The notes under the pieces were generated by a model. The model searched no databases. It had not been told where the DNA came from and saw nothing but the letters and a program-made list of their open reading frames with translations. Shown piece by piece: positions 13,371 through 25,998 of a stretch of DNA of 64,000 bases. Position 1 is the first letter of the stretch. Every line of letters begins with the position of its first letter. Position numbers and translations under genes: made by a program. Source of the stretch: Eledone cirrhosa (taxonomy: Eukaryota); assembly GCA_964016885.1 (NCBI GenBank), contig OZ024740.1, positions 227,540,001 to 227,604,000 of the forward strand. Direction: 5' to 3'.

Positions 13371-13708
13371 AGACACATGGCTTAGTGGTTAGAGCATTGG
13401 CCTTGCAATCGAAAGGTTGTGAGTTCAATTCTCAGACCGGGTGATGTGTTGTTTCCTTGAGCAAGACACTTTATTTCACATTGCTCCAGTTTACTCAGCT
13501 GTAGAAATGAGATGATAGGGACTGGGGTCCCTATCATTCCACTGCAAAGTGGTTGTAGAGGTGTCATGACAAAAAAAGCACCCAGCACTCACTGTAAATG
13601 AGGTTGGTGTTAGGAAGGGCATCCAGCTGTAGAAATCAAGCCAGAATCAGTTCCCGTCCCACCCTTGCAAGCAGGGAAAAGCAGACGTTAAATGATGATG
13701 ATGATGAT
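13369..13708 (+). mobile_element. SINE family B, full length
   Basis: tRNA-like head, CORE-like block, internal hairpin atgatagggac-tggg-gtccctatcat, 'ggttggtgttaggaagggcatccagctgtagaaa' module and (GAT)n tail; inserted in (TA)n. Confidence 0.93.
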
Positions 13709-13710
13709 AT

Positions 13711-13904
13711 ATAGGAACGAGTAAGACCCCGACGGCTGAGCTCAAGCCGTTTCGACGGCTAATTCTAGTCCAGAATTAGCCGTCGAAACGGCTTGAGCTC
13801 AGCCGTCGGGGTCCTACTCTTTCCTATTACCCACTCTACTACCCTAAGTATTGAGTACTTTGGTGCGTTATGGTCCACCTGGTTCCTTACCACATTTCCT
13901 TCGT

Positions 13905-13905
<1 letters not shown>
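13711..13905 (-). mobile_element. Penelope pLTR-like element ending in a 117-bp palindrome (13711-13827)
   Basis: 56-bp arms with 2 mismatches around loop agtcc (13767-13771); each arm carries gtcGAAACgg; related copy at 2497-2640. Confidence 0.75.
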
Positions 13906-13936
<31 letters not shown>

Positions 13937-13991
13937 TCTATATATATATATATATAAACATATATATATAAACATATATATATATACACAC

Positions 13992-14024
<33 letters not shown>

Positions 14025-14459
14025 TATATATATATACGTATATATGTGTGTCTATAGTTAGTTACATATGCATATATATGAATTTGTTTGTTCATGTGTA
14101 TATGTATATATACATATAATGTATGTGTGTATATATACATATAATGTATGTGTGTATATATATTATATATATATATATATATGTGTGTGAGTACACATGT
14201 GGGGGGATGGGGGTGATTGTATATAGAAACACAACACACACATACACATATGTGTGTGTGTTTGTTGTGTTTGTGTCAAGGAATTAATAAAATATGTGTA
14301 GTGTTTGTATAAGTCTTTCTATATAGATATTTATATTTCTCTCTTTGATTGATTTATTGAACTATTCACATATTTGTTATGATTTATTATTTATTGTTTA
14401 TTATATAGATTTAGGTTTTTTCTTTTATTTTTATCCTTCTAAGTTTCGATGTGTAATAT

Positions 14460-14858
14460 CAGTGTAGATAAACATCAGAGCATGGATGAACTGTGGGTAT
14501 AAGAGCAGTGAGATGTAGCATCAAGGACAGAAGGTTGTGCTGGTGTGGATATCTGATACATATGGTGTCACGCAGTAAATACAGAAGACCAAACTTCCCA
14601 CCGGTACAAGCCGAAGCTGAAGCATATAGACAATATGCCCACAGCCCCTTCCACTGCAAAGTGGTTGTAGAGGTGTCATGGCAAAAAAAGCACCCAGCAC
14701 TCACTGTAAATGAGGTTGGTGTTAGGAAGGGCATCCAGCTGTAGAAATCAAGCCAAAATCAGTTCCCGTATGAGCAAGACAAGGTCACCCGACCTGGCAT
14801 TGGCCACAACAGAACAACCCATCTAACCCATGCTAGCTGGAAGAATGGGTGTAAAACA

Positions 14859-14893
<35 letters not shown>

Positions 14894-14930
14894 AAATGAT
14901 CATTTGGGGAAGAAGTACCAAATAGTACGG
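14460..14930 (+). mobile_element. RTE LINE fragment interrupted by a SINE-like insertion (about 14565-14890)
   Basis: Translates SVDKHQSMDEL / GIRAVRCSIKDRRLCWCGYLIHM (RTE 'RRLRWYGHV.RM'), then the SINE module with (GAT)n tail, then resumes with 'gatcatttggggaagaagtac', homologous to 16857-16878. Confidence 0.75.
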
Positions 14931-15204
14931 ATTAGATGTGTTGTCACATAAGTGAGGCTAGCCAAACAGGTCAGATGTCTGCATCTTGCTCATATGTTCC
15001 AGTTTTGCATAGTTTCTGTTGTTAGTTGCCCTTTCTAACACCAACCATCTCATAACTTGTACTAAGTCTGTTTTGTTATAGCATAATCTCTACCTCTTTA
15101 CTGAGTGGGCTGGGTGTATTTTATTGTAACACCCGCACTTCCACTTTACGGTGAGGACTGAGTACATTTTATTGTGGAAGCAGCATTACCATATATATAT
15201 ATAT

Positions 15205-15435
15205 CATCATCATCATCATCATCATTTAATGTCTATCTTCCATGCTAGCATGGGTTTGACGTATTTGTCCCACTTGAGGCAAGATTGGTTGGGTGAACGT
15301 GTCTCGTTCATATACAACTGTATCTGACTGGTTTTCTATGGCTGGATGCCCTTCTTAACGCCAACCACATGTACAGTGTGGACTGGGAGCCTTTTAACTG
15401 TGTTACCTACATGACCACTTTCAGTGTGGACTGGA
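15205..15435 (-). mobile_element. Partial SINE 3' body/tail
   Basis: (CAT)n tail, ccatgctagcatggg and 'gctggatgcccttcttaacgccaacc' module in reverse orientation. Confidence 0.75.
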
Positions 15436-15531
15436 TGTTCTGTGTGTGTGTGTCTGTATATACATATATATATACATATATATTGCAAGCAGGGAAGAGC
15501 GGACGTAAAATGATGATGATGATGATGATGA

Positions 15532-15573
<42 letters not shown>

Positions 15574-15578
<5 letters not shown>

Positions 15579-16228
15579 AATATAAATTTAGCGAGAATCG
15601 CATTTCAGCGGGTAGAAATTAGCGAAACGCAACTTCTGTATTGTGCAGACAAGCGCTCCATGCATATGAAGATACCAGAGCTATAAACATAAGTTAAAAT
15701 GGTCATACAAAACTGAGACGATGGTTAAGAAGCCATTAACCGCCTAAGCCAAAAAAGCGAACAAGCTAAATGGGTCAAACAAAATAAGATATGATTGAAA
15801 TAGTTACCCGGGCCCTCGGGGAAGATGGAATACTCCGATATAGGGTTTCTGCGACACCTAAATCAATAATACTGTCTGCTTATAAAAAATAATAAGCTTT
15901 TGGTATAATGATCGAACAAGGAATCACTTTCTCAACAGGCATTTTGTTCTTCGTGCGCCAGAATCTCACAGGGTATGAAAGCACATGTGAGGTTCTAAGG
16001 GGAGAAACCTATTTTGGCCAGTGAATTCAGCATGTGTAGTTATTGCAAAAATTTGCAAAAATACCACAAAACGAATTAAGCTCTCGACCGAGTGGTTTTT
16101 AAAATAAACTTAAGTGATTAATCAGTCAATAGAATTAACTAAAAAGCCATAAAAATTAACTGGTTAATCGCTAGACTTGGGAGATTAATACAAATATAAA
16201 TTTAGTGAGAATCGCATTTCGGCGGGTA
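15574..16228. mobile_element. 655-bp CpG-rich element bounded by 41-bp direct repeats, inserted in (TA)n
   Basis: atacaaatataaatttagYgagaatcgcatttcRgcgggta at 15574-15614 and 16188-16228 (2 mismatches). Confidence 0.65.
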
Positions 16229-16724
16229 ATACATATATATATACATATTTATATGAAAAACAAGGGGAGAAGAATACTGCGTGGTTGCACATGGATTACA
16301 TATTATAAAATTAGTCCCTCATCAGTGATTTGCCAACCATCATTGGTATTTCATCGCATTAAAAATCAGATACCTCAGGTTGGTGCGATAATAACTAAAA
16401 TAAGCTATTGGGACAAGTGAAACGCGTAAAGCGAGTGAGACAAGTAAACAACAAGAAGGAAAAGCAAACCGAAGGTTGGAAAAACAGCAAGCAACATGGT
16501 AGTTATCCGATCAGCATAAGCTGGGTGAATTTCATGAGCAGTCAGAGAAACAGACCGTACGCTGTGAATGCGGTGTGAGAAAGAAGGAACCCCACTACTA
16601 GCGAACGGGAGGAAGTGAGAAGGGGAGAAATATATATATATATATATATATATATAACCAAAGACTAGTATGGTTCGTTTTGCTATTAATGAATGAAACA
16701 AATTCAAATCCCACATGCACTATT

Positions 16725-17375
16725 GGATGTGTAAAGTCAGTGTACATGAACAACAAAGCATGGATCAACTGAGAGTTTAAGAACAATCAGATGTAACATG
16801 AAAGAGAAAAAGCTGTGCTGGTGTGAATACATGATGTATATGGAGGATGGGAAGATGATCATTTGGTGATGAAGTACTAGGAGTTCAAAGTGGAAGAAAG
16901 ATGTCATAGAGAATGGTAGAGGAAGACTTGGGTAGATGTGGTAGAGAATGGCAGAGGAAGACTTGGGTAGATGTGGTAGAGAATGGCAGAGGAAGACTTG
17001 GGTAGATGTGGTAGAGAATGGCAGAGGAAGACTTGGGTAGATGTGGTAGAGAATGGCAGAGGAAGACTTGGGTAGATGTGGTAGAGAATGGCAGAGGAAG
17101 ACTTGGGTAGATGTGGTAGAGAATGGCAGAGGAAGACTTGGTTAGATGTGGTAGAGAATGGCAGAGGAAGACTTGGGTAGATGTGGTAGAGAATGGCAGA
17201 GGAAGACTTGGGTAGATGTGGTAGAGACTGGCAGAGGAAGACTTGGGTAGATGTGGTAAAGAATGGTTGAGGAAGACTTGGGTAGATGTGATGAATACAG
17301 GTCATAGAGTGCTGAAGCTCACAAAGGAAATGACGTAGGAAAGAGAAAAGTGAAGGGAAACTTTACTGGAGAAAA
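16725..17375 (+). mobile_element. RTE LINE 3' fragment containing a 35-bp minisatellite
   Basis: Translates CKVSVHEQQSMDQL / IRCNMKEKKLCWCEYMM / EFKVEERCHREW.RKTWVDV / RVLKLTKEMT; collinear with RTE C-termini. Confidence 0.8.
16906..17290. repeat. 35-bp minisatellite, about 11 copies
   Basis: Unit gtagagaatggcagaggaagacttgggtagatgtg; period 35 (16941 to 16976). Confidence 0.96.
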
Positions 17376-17413
17376 CTGATCATATGTATGTTTGTGTGTT
17401 TCTATATATATAC

Positions 17414-17469
<56 letters not shown>

Positions 17470-17674
17470 CAAAATAAGATGCTGAGGTTACATAAATCAT
17501 TTAATCATTATAATTATTTCCACGATTCTCCATGCAATCGAGAAGTCCTTCATACATTTGTTGTTATTATGAGAATGGTATCCTCACATGATATCCGATT
17601 TGTTTGATATGCCGCCGGCATATATATATATACACACACATACATTATATGTATATATTTATATGCATATACAT

Positions 17675-18019
17675 GGAGGCACATGGCTTAGTGGTTAGAG
17701 CATTGGCCTTGCAATCGAAAGGTTGTGAGTTCAATTCTCAGACCGGGTGATGTGTTGTTTCCTTGAGCAAGACACTTTATTTCACATTGCTCCAGTTTAC
17801 TCAGCTGTAGAAATGAGATGATAGGGACTGGGGTCCATATCATTCCACTCCAAAGTGGTCGTGGATGTGCCACGGCAAAAAAGCACCCAGCACTCACTGT
17901 AAATGAGGTTGGTGTTAGGAAGGGCATCCAGCTGTAGAAATCAAGCCAGAATCAGTTCCCGTCCCACCCTTGCAAGCAGGGAAAAAGCGGACGTAAAATG
18001 AAATGATGATGATGATGAT
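17675..18019 (+). mobile_element. SINE family B, full length
   Basis: Near-identical to the 13369 and 32326 copies; A/B boxes and (GAT)n tail. Confidence 0.93.
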
Positions 18020-18110
18020 ACATGCAGACATAAAAATGATGGTGGTAATAATATAATCATCACTACAGCTGTTATTAGTGAAATGGAAAGGAATAATTGC
18101 TGGTGGAGAA

Positions 18111-18349
18111 TAAATAACCGTTGTTAGCAGGGAAAACAGTATAATGCTTGATATAGTAAGAAAAGAATCTTTACGTTTCAGATACTAGTCCTTCATCAGA
18201 AGATAGAATAAGAAATAAATAACATTTGCCAGCAGGGAAAACAGTTTAATGCTTGATATAGTAAGAAAAGAGTCTTTACGTTTTGGATACTAATCCTTCA
18301 TCAGAAGATAGAATGAGAAATGAATAACCCTTGCTAACAGGGAAAACAG
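18111..18349 (-). mobile_element. About 2.3 tandem copies of a 105-bp unit, each full unit containing a minimal hammerhead motif
   Basis: cagggaaaacag recurs at a 105-bp period (18128, 18233, 18338); hammerhead cores at 18167-18204 and 18272-18309. Confidence 0.8.
18167..18204 (-). ncRNA. Minimal type I hammerhead ribozyme-like motif (PLE-type)
   Basis: - strand AUCUU-CUGAUGA-A-GGA(cuagua)UCU-GAAAC-GUA^-AAGAU: 5-bp stem I, conserved cores, short stem II, ACGU palindrome in place of stem III. Confidence 0.7.
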
Positions 18350-19608
18350 ATGCTAAATGAGGAGGATATATGAAATATATAAAATAAAGAACATTGTATC
18401 AAATAATTGCTATATTCAAAACAAACTATCAAAGAAAATCTCAAGTAAGACTTTTCTGTGTTTTAGATTGCATCTGAATCACCATAATCTCATTCCACAT
18501 CATCTGATCGAACCAATCTTCTGATCGAACCAAAACATACCCATTCCAGATGTCTCAATTCAGACATTTTCAAATATATCAATGAGATGTCTCCAATGGA
18601 TAATCTACCTATGTTAACTGTATTTGGGGTTATTTCTTTAATGTGTCTCACACATTGACTTGCCAATTGTAATCTTCACACAGCTATTCTCTGTCAGCTT
18701 TGGAAAACCCTCATAAAGTTCTATATATGTCACTGAAGTAGGTGGGTTGTCTTCTACAGTTAATCCACCCATCTATTGACTGACATAATACTAGAGTTGA
18801 AACTATTTCTCCACTAATGATCTGCCAATTAATTTCAGTAAACCATCATAAAGTTCTGTATTGGCAATGTAGCTCTTCCACCTATAATATATGGGAGTAA
18901 GATGGTAAATTGTCGGAGTTGTTAGAAGATCAGATGGAATGCTTTATAGCATTCATTCTGGCTCTCTGCACTCTGAGTTCAAATCCTGCCATGGTCAACT
19001 TTCATTCTTTTGGGATTGATAAAAAGACATTCCAGTCAAGTACTGGGGTTGAGTCTTCTATAAACTCTATATCTTTTTCCTACTTCCTTTCTTTCACTCA
19101 TTTTTTCATTCATTTTCTCTCCTTCTCTGTGTTTAGAGTTGGAGAGGAGATTAGCTCCATCAGGTTTTAAAACATTGCTCAAGAGACCCTATATGCTACT
19201 ACAGTGCCCCTACAACTTTATCAGGAGTTAGGGGGTTCAAAAGGGAAAAGAATATGTGGGAGTAGATTCTGCTTAGCTGCATGAGTGACTATATGTCACA
19301 AACATATAACAACAAAACAAATTAAACCATAGCAAAAATGAATCTAATCTTAATAGTCTTAAGGGCTGCTCCCAGGCAGAAATACAAATTCAATGCAGTT
19401 TCTTTTACTAAGGAAAAGAGAAATTTGAGTTGTAAGCTTGTGAAAGTCTTTTGTTACACACATATGGCATTTTCAATAATTTCTCCTGTGAGGAACTGGT
19501 GTCTCCCTATCATGTCATGGAACTAATTTGTTAATATTCCATTGGAAGAGGCATGAATGTCACAATAGCCATTTTCTCCTCTCACTAAAGTCAATAAATT
19601 TCACTCAC

Positions 19609-19645
<37 letters not shown>

Positions 19646-21369
19646 AGTTGAGAATGTGAGCATTTGATGTTTGGCTATGTTTATTCTGCTTACATGGGGA
19701 AAATAAGTAAGTCACTGTGTGTGTAGGTGTATGTAGGTGTGTGGATGTGTGTGTGTGAGAGAGAGAGTGTGTGAGTGTGTGAGTGTGTGTGAGTGTTGTG
19801 TGTGTGTGAGTGTGTGTTAGTAAGTGTGTGACTGAGTGTTGTGTGTGCACATATGAATGTGTGTATGTGTGTGCACATGTGTGTTATTGTATGTGAATGT
19901 GTTTGTGTATGTTATTGTTATAATAATTATTATTATTATTCTGTATATCATGGCTATAATTATTTTGAATTCTAATAACCTTAGCTTCTGGAATGTTGCT
20001 TTTCTTCTCTATTAATTTTCTGGACTTTTATTGAACTAATTCTACAGAATTATTGAAATAACAGAAATAACTATTTTACATGACTAATTCTGTATGTGTA
20101 ATGAAACCAATTTATTACTGTTAGGTAGTATAAACCACCAAATACCATAAAAAGAAATAAAAGCAAAAAAATGATTAATAGAAACTATTATAGACAAAAT
20201 TTGAATAAAAAATATTTCATTAGTAACCAGAACATTCATATGTTATGGCCACCTGCCCAATGAAAACAAAAGACCCTCATGAGACTGCCAAAGTTTAAAT
20301 TATTCCTTGCCTCCTACAAGCTGTGAGAAGGTGTCAGACACTTGGCCCATTGCATTGTATTCTTGTAGCAGTCCTTTAATCTTTTAATCTTGTTAGTTTT
20401 CCAAAAGTGTAGTTGCTGGTGCTAATTAATTTACTTCTATAGTATTATTATTTACTCTGAAGCAGCAAACTGGTAAAGCTCAGAAATATGAATCAAGGTG
20501 AATGAAATTCATGAAAAACCTGTTCACACTTAAACTATAAAAGTATATAACTTTTCCCTACACAGAGAGAGGGGGGAGAGGAAGAAGAGAGAGAAAGAGA
20601 GAGAGAGCTGTGTTCTGAGTTGGCTCATTACATACACCAGTTGATAAAAATGTTAGGCAATTAATTAGAAGTCATTAGAGCATAGGACAAAATGATTTGT
20701 GGCATTTGTTCTGGTTCTCTACACTCTCAGTTCAAATGCCACCAAGGTCAACTTTGCTTTTTAGTTACATTTTCTTTTTTTTTTTTTTTTGTTACATTTT
20801 AGTTACATTTTTTTTTAAATCAAGTACTTGTCCAGAGTGGTAAATTGATAGAATTGTTAGAGCATCAGATAAGATGCCTTGTATTGTTTGTTCTGGCATT
20901 TGTATTCTATGTTCTAATCCCACTGTGCTCTACTTGTATAATAGACTTAATCCATTACTCAGTTTAATACCAGCAATTGGCTCTTGAATATGTTTAGCAG
21001 AGTCTACTCTGTGGCAAGCATTCAGGCCAAGTGTCCAGCTTGAAGATACCTTCCTCCCTCTGTTACCAGTCATGAAAACCCTGAAATGTGTTATGGGCTC
21101 TTCCTTTCTCTCCCTAACTGAACATCATCATCATCATTTAATGTCCATTTTTTCCTGCTAGCAAGAGTTGACTGGGTCTTCACAGACTGATGTAGTACTC
21201 ATGTGGGGCTACTGAATTCTCAGATGGGCTGAGGGCCTGCATCTCCCTTACATACTTGCTCTACAAAGTGCATTTTGCATGGCACATGCAATAGGGAAGA
21301 TATTGTCTTTGTACATACAAAACAAAAATTCAAATAACATTTTCACTTTTCAAAAACATGAATAATTTA

Positions 21370-21720
21370 TGTTTTACTTAATAGAAGTAGGCCCCCTTTA
21401 GTTATGATTGACCATGGATTTGCACCTGGAAAGGTCTTCTCCATAATGTGAGCCTGGACAAGGTGTTTTATGGAAGACAAACAGTTTTCCATGCATGCCA
21501 GTCTCGTCTGTCCACACCACCAATGTTGTCCAAAAGAAAAGCAGGGGTCAAACAGTTTGGCACCAGTCTTTTCACAACTCATTTTTCCAGTTGCGTGGAT
21601 TGGAGCAACATAAAAATAAAAAGTCTTACTCAAGAACACAATGTAATGTCCAGTTTGGGAATCAAACTCACAATCATAAGATCATTAACCAAACACCCTA
21701 ACCCGTAAACCATGCACCTT
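21370..21720 (-). mobile_element. Old tRNA/CORE-type SINE
   Basis: Reverse complement begins ggtgcatggtttacgggttagggtgtttgg...gagtttgattccc...tgtgttcttgagtaagac. Confidence 0.7.
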
Positions 21721-22277
21721 TACTTTATAAATGATATCAAAAGGAATCTACAAATGTAACATGCTATTAAGGACAATCATATTTGTTTTCTCATGTTACT
21801 CAAAGGTGAAGAAAAAATGTTGATGACATTTTTAACCCTTTAGCATTTAAACCAGCCATATCCGGCCAGAATTCTCTCACCTCTTTCTGTTCAAACCAGC
21901 TGTAATCAGCCACTCATACTTATATTAAGGTATTCTTCTCAAAATAAATAATATCAAAATCTCATAGATTTGATATTATGTAAGATATTATGTAAGATAA
22001 AGCCTTTACCGCAAAAATACAATAGTATATATATAGAGTAATGTGAATGATAAAGGGTTAAGCTTTCCAAGATGGGTGAGAATCAATGGTAGACCTATAT
22101 TTTGTGGGGACTTATAGGGAGTTATAGGGATCTCTTTGCAACCAACAACACTGGAGCAATATTGTTTCAATTGATTTATTCATTGACCACTATCCCAATC
22201 CTGACATTTAACCCTTTCATTACCATATTTCTAAAGAAAGACACTGACTATAATTTTCAAATTATTTTGAAAATAAC

Positions 22278-23095
22278 CAACACCATCATCACCACTGACA
22301 TCATTGACAACATCACCAACAACAATAACACAATCAAGAACAATAACACCAACAACATTATCATCAACAACAACATTAAAACATCAAAACACCATTAAAC
22401 ATGAAAACAATCAACATCGACAACACCAACAACACCAACAACAGCAGCAACATCAACATCAATATCACCAACAACACCAAGATTAACAACAGTGCCATCA
22501 TCAACAGCAGCAGAACAAGGAACAGCAAAACTAGCGACAGCAACAACAAAAATATCAACAACACCATTAACAACACCATCAACATCAACATCAGCACCAT
22601 CACCAATATCAACAACAACAACACCAACAACATCAACATCAGCACCATCACCAATATCAACTTCAACAACAACACCATCAACATCAACATCAGCACCATC
22701 ACAACACTACCAACAACAGTACCAACAACACCATCAACATCAACATCAGCACCATCACAACACTACCAACAACAGTACCAACAACAAAATCAAAATCATC
22801 ATCATCACCATCATAACACTACCAACAACAGTGACGAGAAAATCAAAATCATCACCATCACCATCACCATCATAACACTACCAACAACAGTACCAACAAC
22901 AAAATCAAAATCATCATCATCATCATCATCACCATCACCATCACCATCACCATCATAACACTACCAACAACAGTACCAACAACAAAATCAAAATCATCAC
23001 CATCACCATCACAACACTACCAACAACAGTGACAACAACAAAATCATCACCTTCACCATCACCATCACAACACTACCAACAACAGTGACAACAAG
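22278..23095. repeat. Low-complexity (CAA/CAT/CAC)n tract with internal duplications
   Basis: Repeated caccatcacaacactaccaacaacagt units; open in several frames on both strands, without splice or homology support. Confidence 0.85.
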
Positions 23096-23479
23096 AAAAT
23101 ATAATATTTTTCATCCAATATTGTTGGTTTCTGCAATATTTCAGAAATTCCTGTTAGATTTGTCACCATTTTAAGGTATTTTGTCTTCATTAGAGTAGGT
23201 ATTTATCTGAGAAAGATGGTTAGTAGGTATACCAGAGAGAGAGAGAGAGAGATGACTAGTTTAGATGTTCCACTTAAAAGGCAGTAATTTTCTGCCGAAA
23301 GCTGATCATTTAGAAGCACAGAATGAATTGGAGTAATGATATGTGTGTTATATGTATTTTATAACAATAATGCATCACATTTATATGTATGTATACTACT
23401 ATACACGTTGGTAGCCTGTAAGCATTCTAACTTAAGTAATCTCTGTAGGTGTCGGTGTGGGTATTTGTGTCTCAGTGTA

Positions 23480-23585
23480 CAAATAAGTGTGTATGTGAAT
23501 GTGCTTGTGTGATTGTATGTATGTGTTTGTGTGTGTGTGAGTGTGTGTGTGTGTGTGTGTGTGTTTGTGCATGTGTAAGTCTGAA

Positions 23586-23622
<37 letters not shown>

Positions 23623-24035
23623 GTAAGTCTGAGTGTTTGTGTGAATGTGTTTGTTTGTATGTGTGTGTGTGTGAACATGCGGGCGCATGTGTAAGTCTGA
23701 TTGTTTGTGTGTTTGTGTGTGTGTGCATGTGTAAGTCTGAGTGTGTGTGTGTGTGTGTGTGTGTGCATGTGTAAGTCTGAGTGTTTGTGTGTGTGTGTGT
23801 GCATATGTAAGTCTGAGTGTTTGTGTGAGTGTGTTTGTTTGTGTGTGTGTGTGTGTACATGCGCGCGCATCTGTAAGCCTGATTGTTTGTGTGTGTGTGT
23901 GCATGCATGTGTAAGTCTGAGTGTGTGAGTGTGTTTTGTGTGTGAGTGTGTTGGCATGTACCTTTGAATACTTGCATAAAGGTGTATGTGTGTGTGTATG
24001 TGTATGTGTGTGTATGTGTGTGTATGTGTGCATAC
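23480..24035. repeat. (TG)n-based complex tandem repeat with recurring gtaagtctga anchor
   Basis: gcatgtgtaagtctgagtgt recurs about 7 times, separated by variable (TG)n. Confidence 0.85.
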
Positions 24036-24717
24036 ACACATAAACTATTATGTGTATGAGCTTAGATATCAAAATATGTAAATACATTTTTCTTTTTTTT
24101 TTTGTTACCACACTGATGTGTATGTATGCATACATATGTATGTATGTCTGTATATATGTTTGGGCATATATATATTTGTGTGTGTATAGTGAGAAAGAGA
24201 TATATGTATACATATCACCACATGTATGTATGTGTTCTATATGCTTATATATATGCTGACGTGGACTTGAATATGAAGCACGGAAAAGTGGACGTAAAAT
24301 GATGATGATGATGATTGATAGTTTCGGAATGTGCATATATACCTATTTATATATATATAACAAAGAGATTGAGAAATTTTCAACAATATATACCAAGATC
24401 TGACATTAACTTTCATGGACATTATAAATTCTTCTATCTTAACACATATTTTGAGCCCAGAGTTATTTGTACACATACATTAAATTACACATGTATATTG
24501 AAGCTCTGACCAGGGATCTGCAGCTGGAAGGTCTAAGTTTCTCTACAAGGCTTACATTTCAGCAGGATGTTTTGTGCAAGACCAGCCATTACCCATGCAT
24601 GCAAGGTTTTCCTCTCCACATCACCACAGTTGTCCAAGAGAAAGGTAAAGGCCAATACAGCTTTGTCTGCTATTGCTAGTGAATTGGCAGAGCCATTACA
24701 ACATCAAAGTAAATGCA

Positions 24718-24920
24718 TTCATCACCATCATCATCATTTAACATCCATTTTTCTATGCTTGCATGGCTTAGCCGGGTTGTCACATCATGAGACAAGTTAG
24801 GTCCAAAGACTACATCTTACTCATACAGATCTGTATTTTGGCTTGATTTCTATAGTTGGATGCCCTTCCTAATACTTACCATGTACAGTGTGGATGGGGT
24901 GCTTTTTTTCATGGCACTGA
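24718..24920 (-). mobile_element. Partial SINE 3' body/tail
   Basis: (CAT)n, 'cttgatttctatagttggatgcccttcctaatac' module in reverse. Confidence 0.7.
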
Positions 24921-25401
24921 AACAACCACCTTACAGCTGAGTTGAAATCCTTTGCCTTTCATCCTTTCAAGTTGGATAAATAAAGTACCAGGAGAAGTGG
25001 ATTGTTAAAAAGTCAGGTGGGGTGCCTTGCACTATCTGAGCTGGTCCTGTGCATTCTGAGTTCAAATCCTGTCTCCATCTACCAGGAATTGCAACCAGCA
25101 AATAGTAACAACAATGGAAAGACTAATGAAAGCATTATTCCATTGGTGTGATCTGAAAACAGCTTCTTTCCTCTGGCTGCTATTTCTAACCAGTACAGTA
25201 ACTACATAGAAGCTCTAGTTTATATCATTATATATTACTGAGATGGTTGCCATAAATTATAGTGCTTTTGCTGGCTGGTCATTTTTGCTTTTAATCTATT
25301 ATTTTGTCCAAGTGGGTGGAGCAGTGTCCACTGCCTTTGCAATCCATCTCAGACGGTTGTAAAGGTGGAGGATTAATACAGATATTATTATTATTATTAT
25401 T

Positions 25402-25445
<44 letters not shown>

Positions 25446-25765
25446 TAATAATAATAATGCTGGGTTGGAAGAAAGTAAAGAAGGAGGGAAGAGTTTGGTA
25501 TATATTTAGGGAGTAAGACAGTAGGAATGGTGAGCAGATGATATGGGTGGAGGTTAAGGGTCATGCATTGTGTGGGACTGGAAAGGGGACAAGATACAGC
25601 TATCTAATTTAGAGAAGCAGAAACTTGAAATAACAATACCAGACACCACTGTCCATCAGTAGTTGTTATAAGTTGGTGACTGAAAGTGAGCTAATTAGAT
25701 AGATGGTCTTTAATATTTTGTCATATATAGTTTTCAGACTGAATGAGTGAGTATATATACTGAGA

Positions 25766-25801
<36 letters not shown>

Positions 25802-25954
25802 ATAGGAAGACAGATTTGCAGCTTGTTATGAAACTTTATTGCATATTACAACGGTTTCAATATCGATCAGCTCGGGTTTGATCAGATGATCGGATCCTGA
25901 CTTTTAAACAATGCCTCCACAGATAACCAGTAACCACAAGTTACTCACATAAAA

Positions 25955-25998
<44 letters not shown>

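Noticed and set aside
13369-13445. tRNA genes at SINE heads
   Set aside because: A/B boxes are present, but they continue into SINE bodies and no full cloverleaf is evident.
22102-22958. Mucin-like T/S/N/Q-rich ORFs
   Set aside because: Trinucleotide low-complexity tract open in several frames on both strands; no splice signals linking it to the gene.
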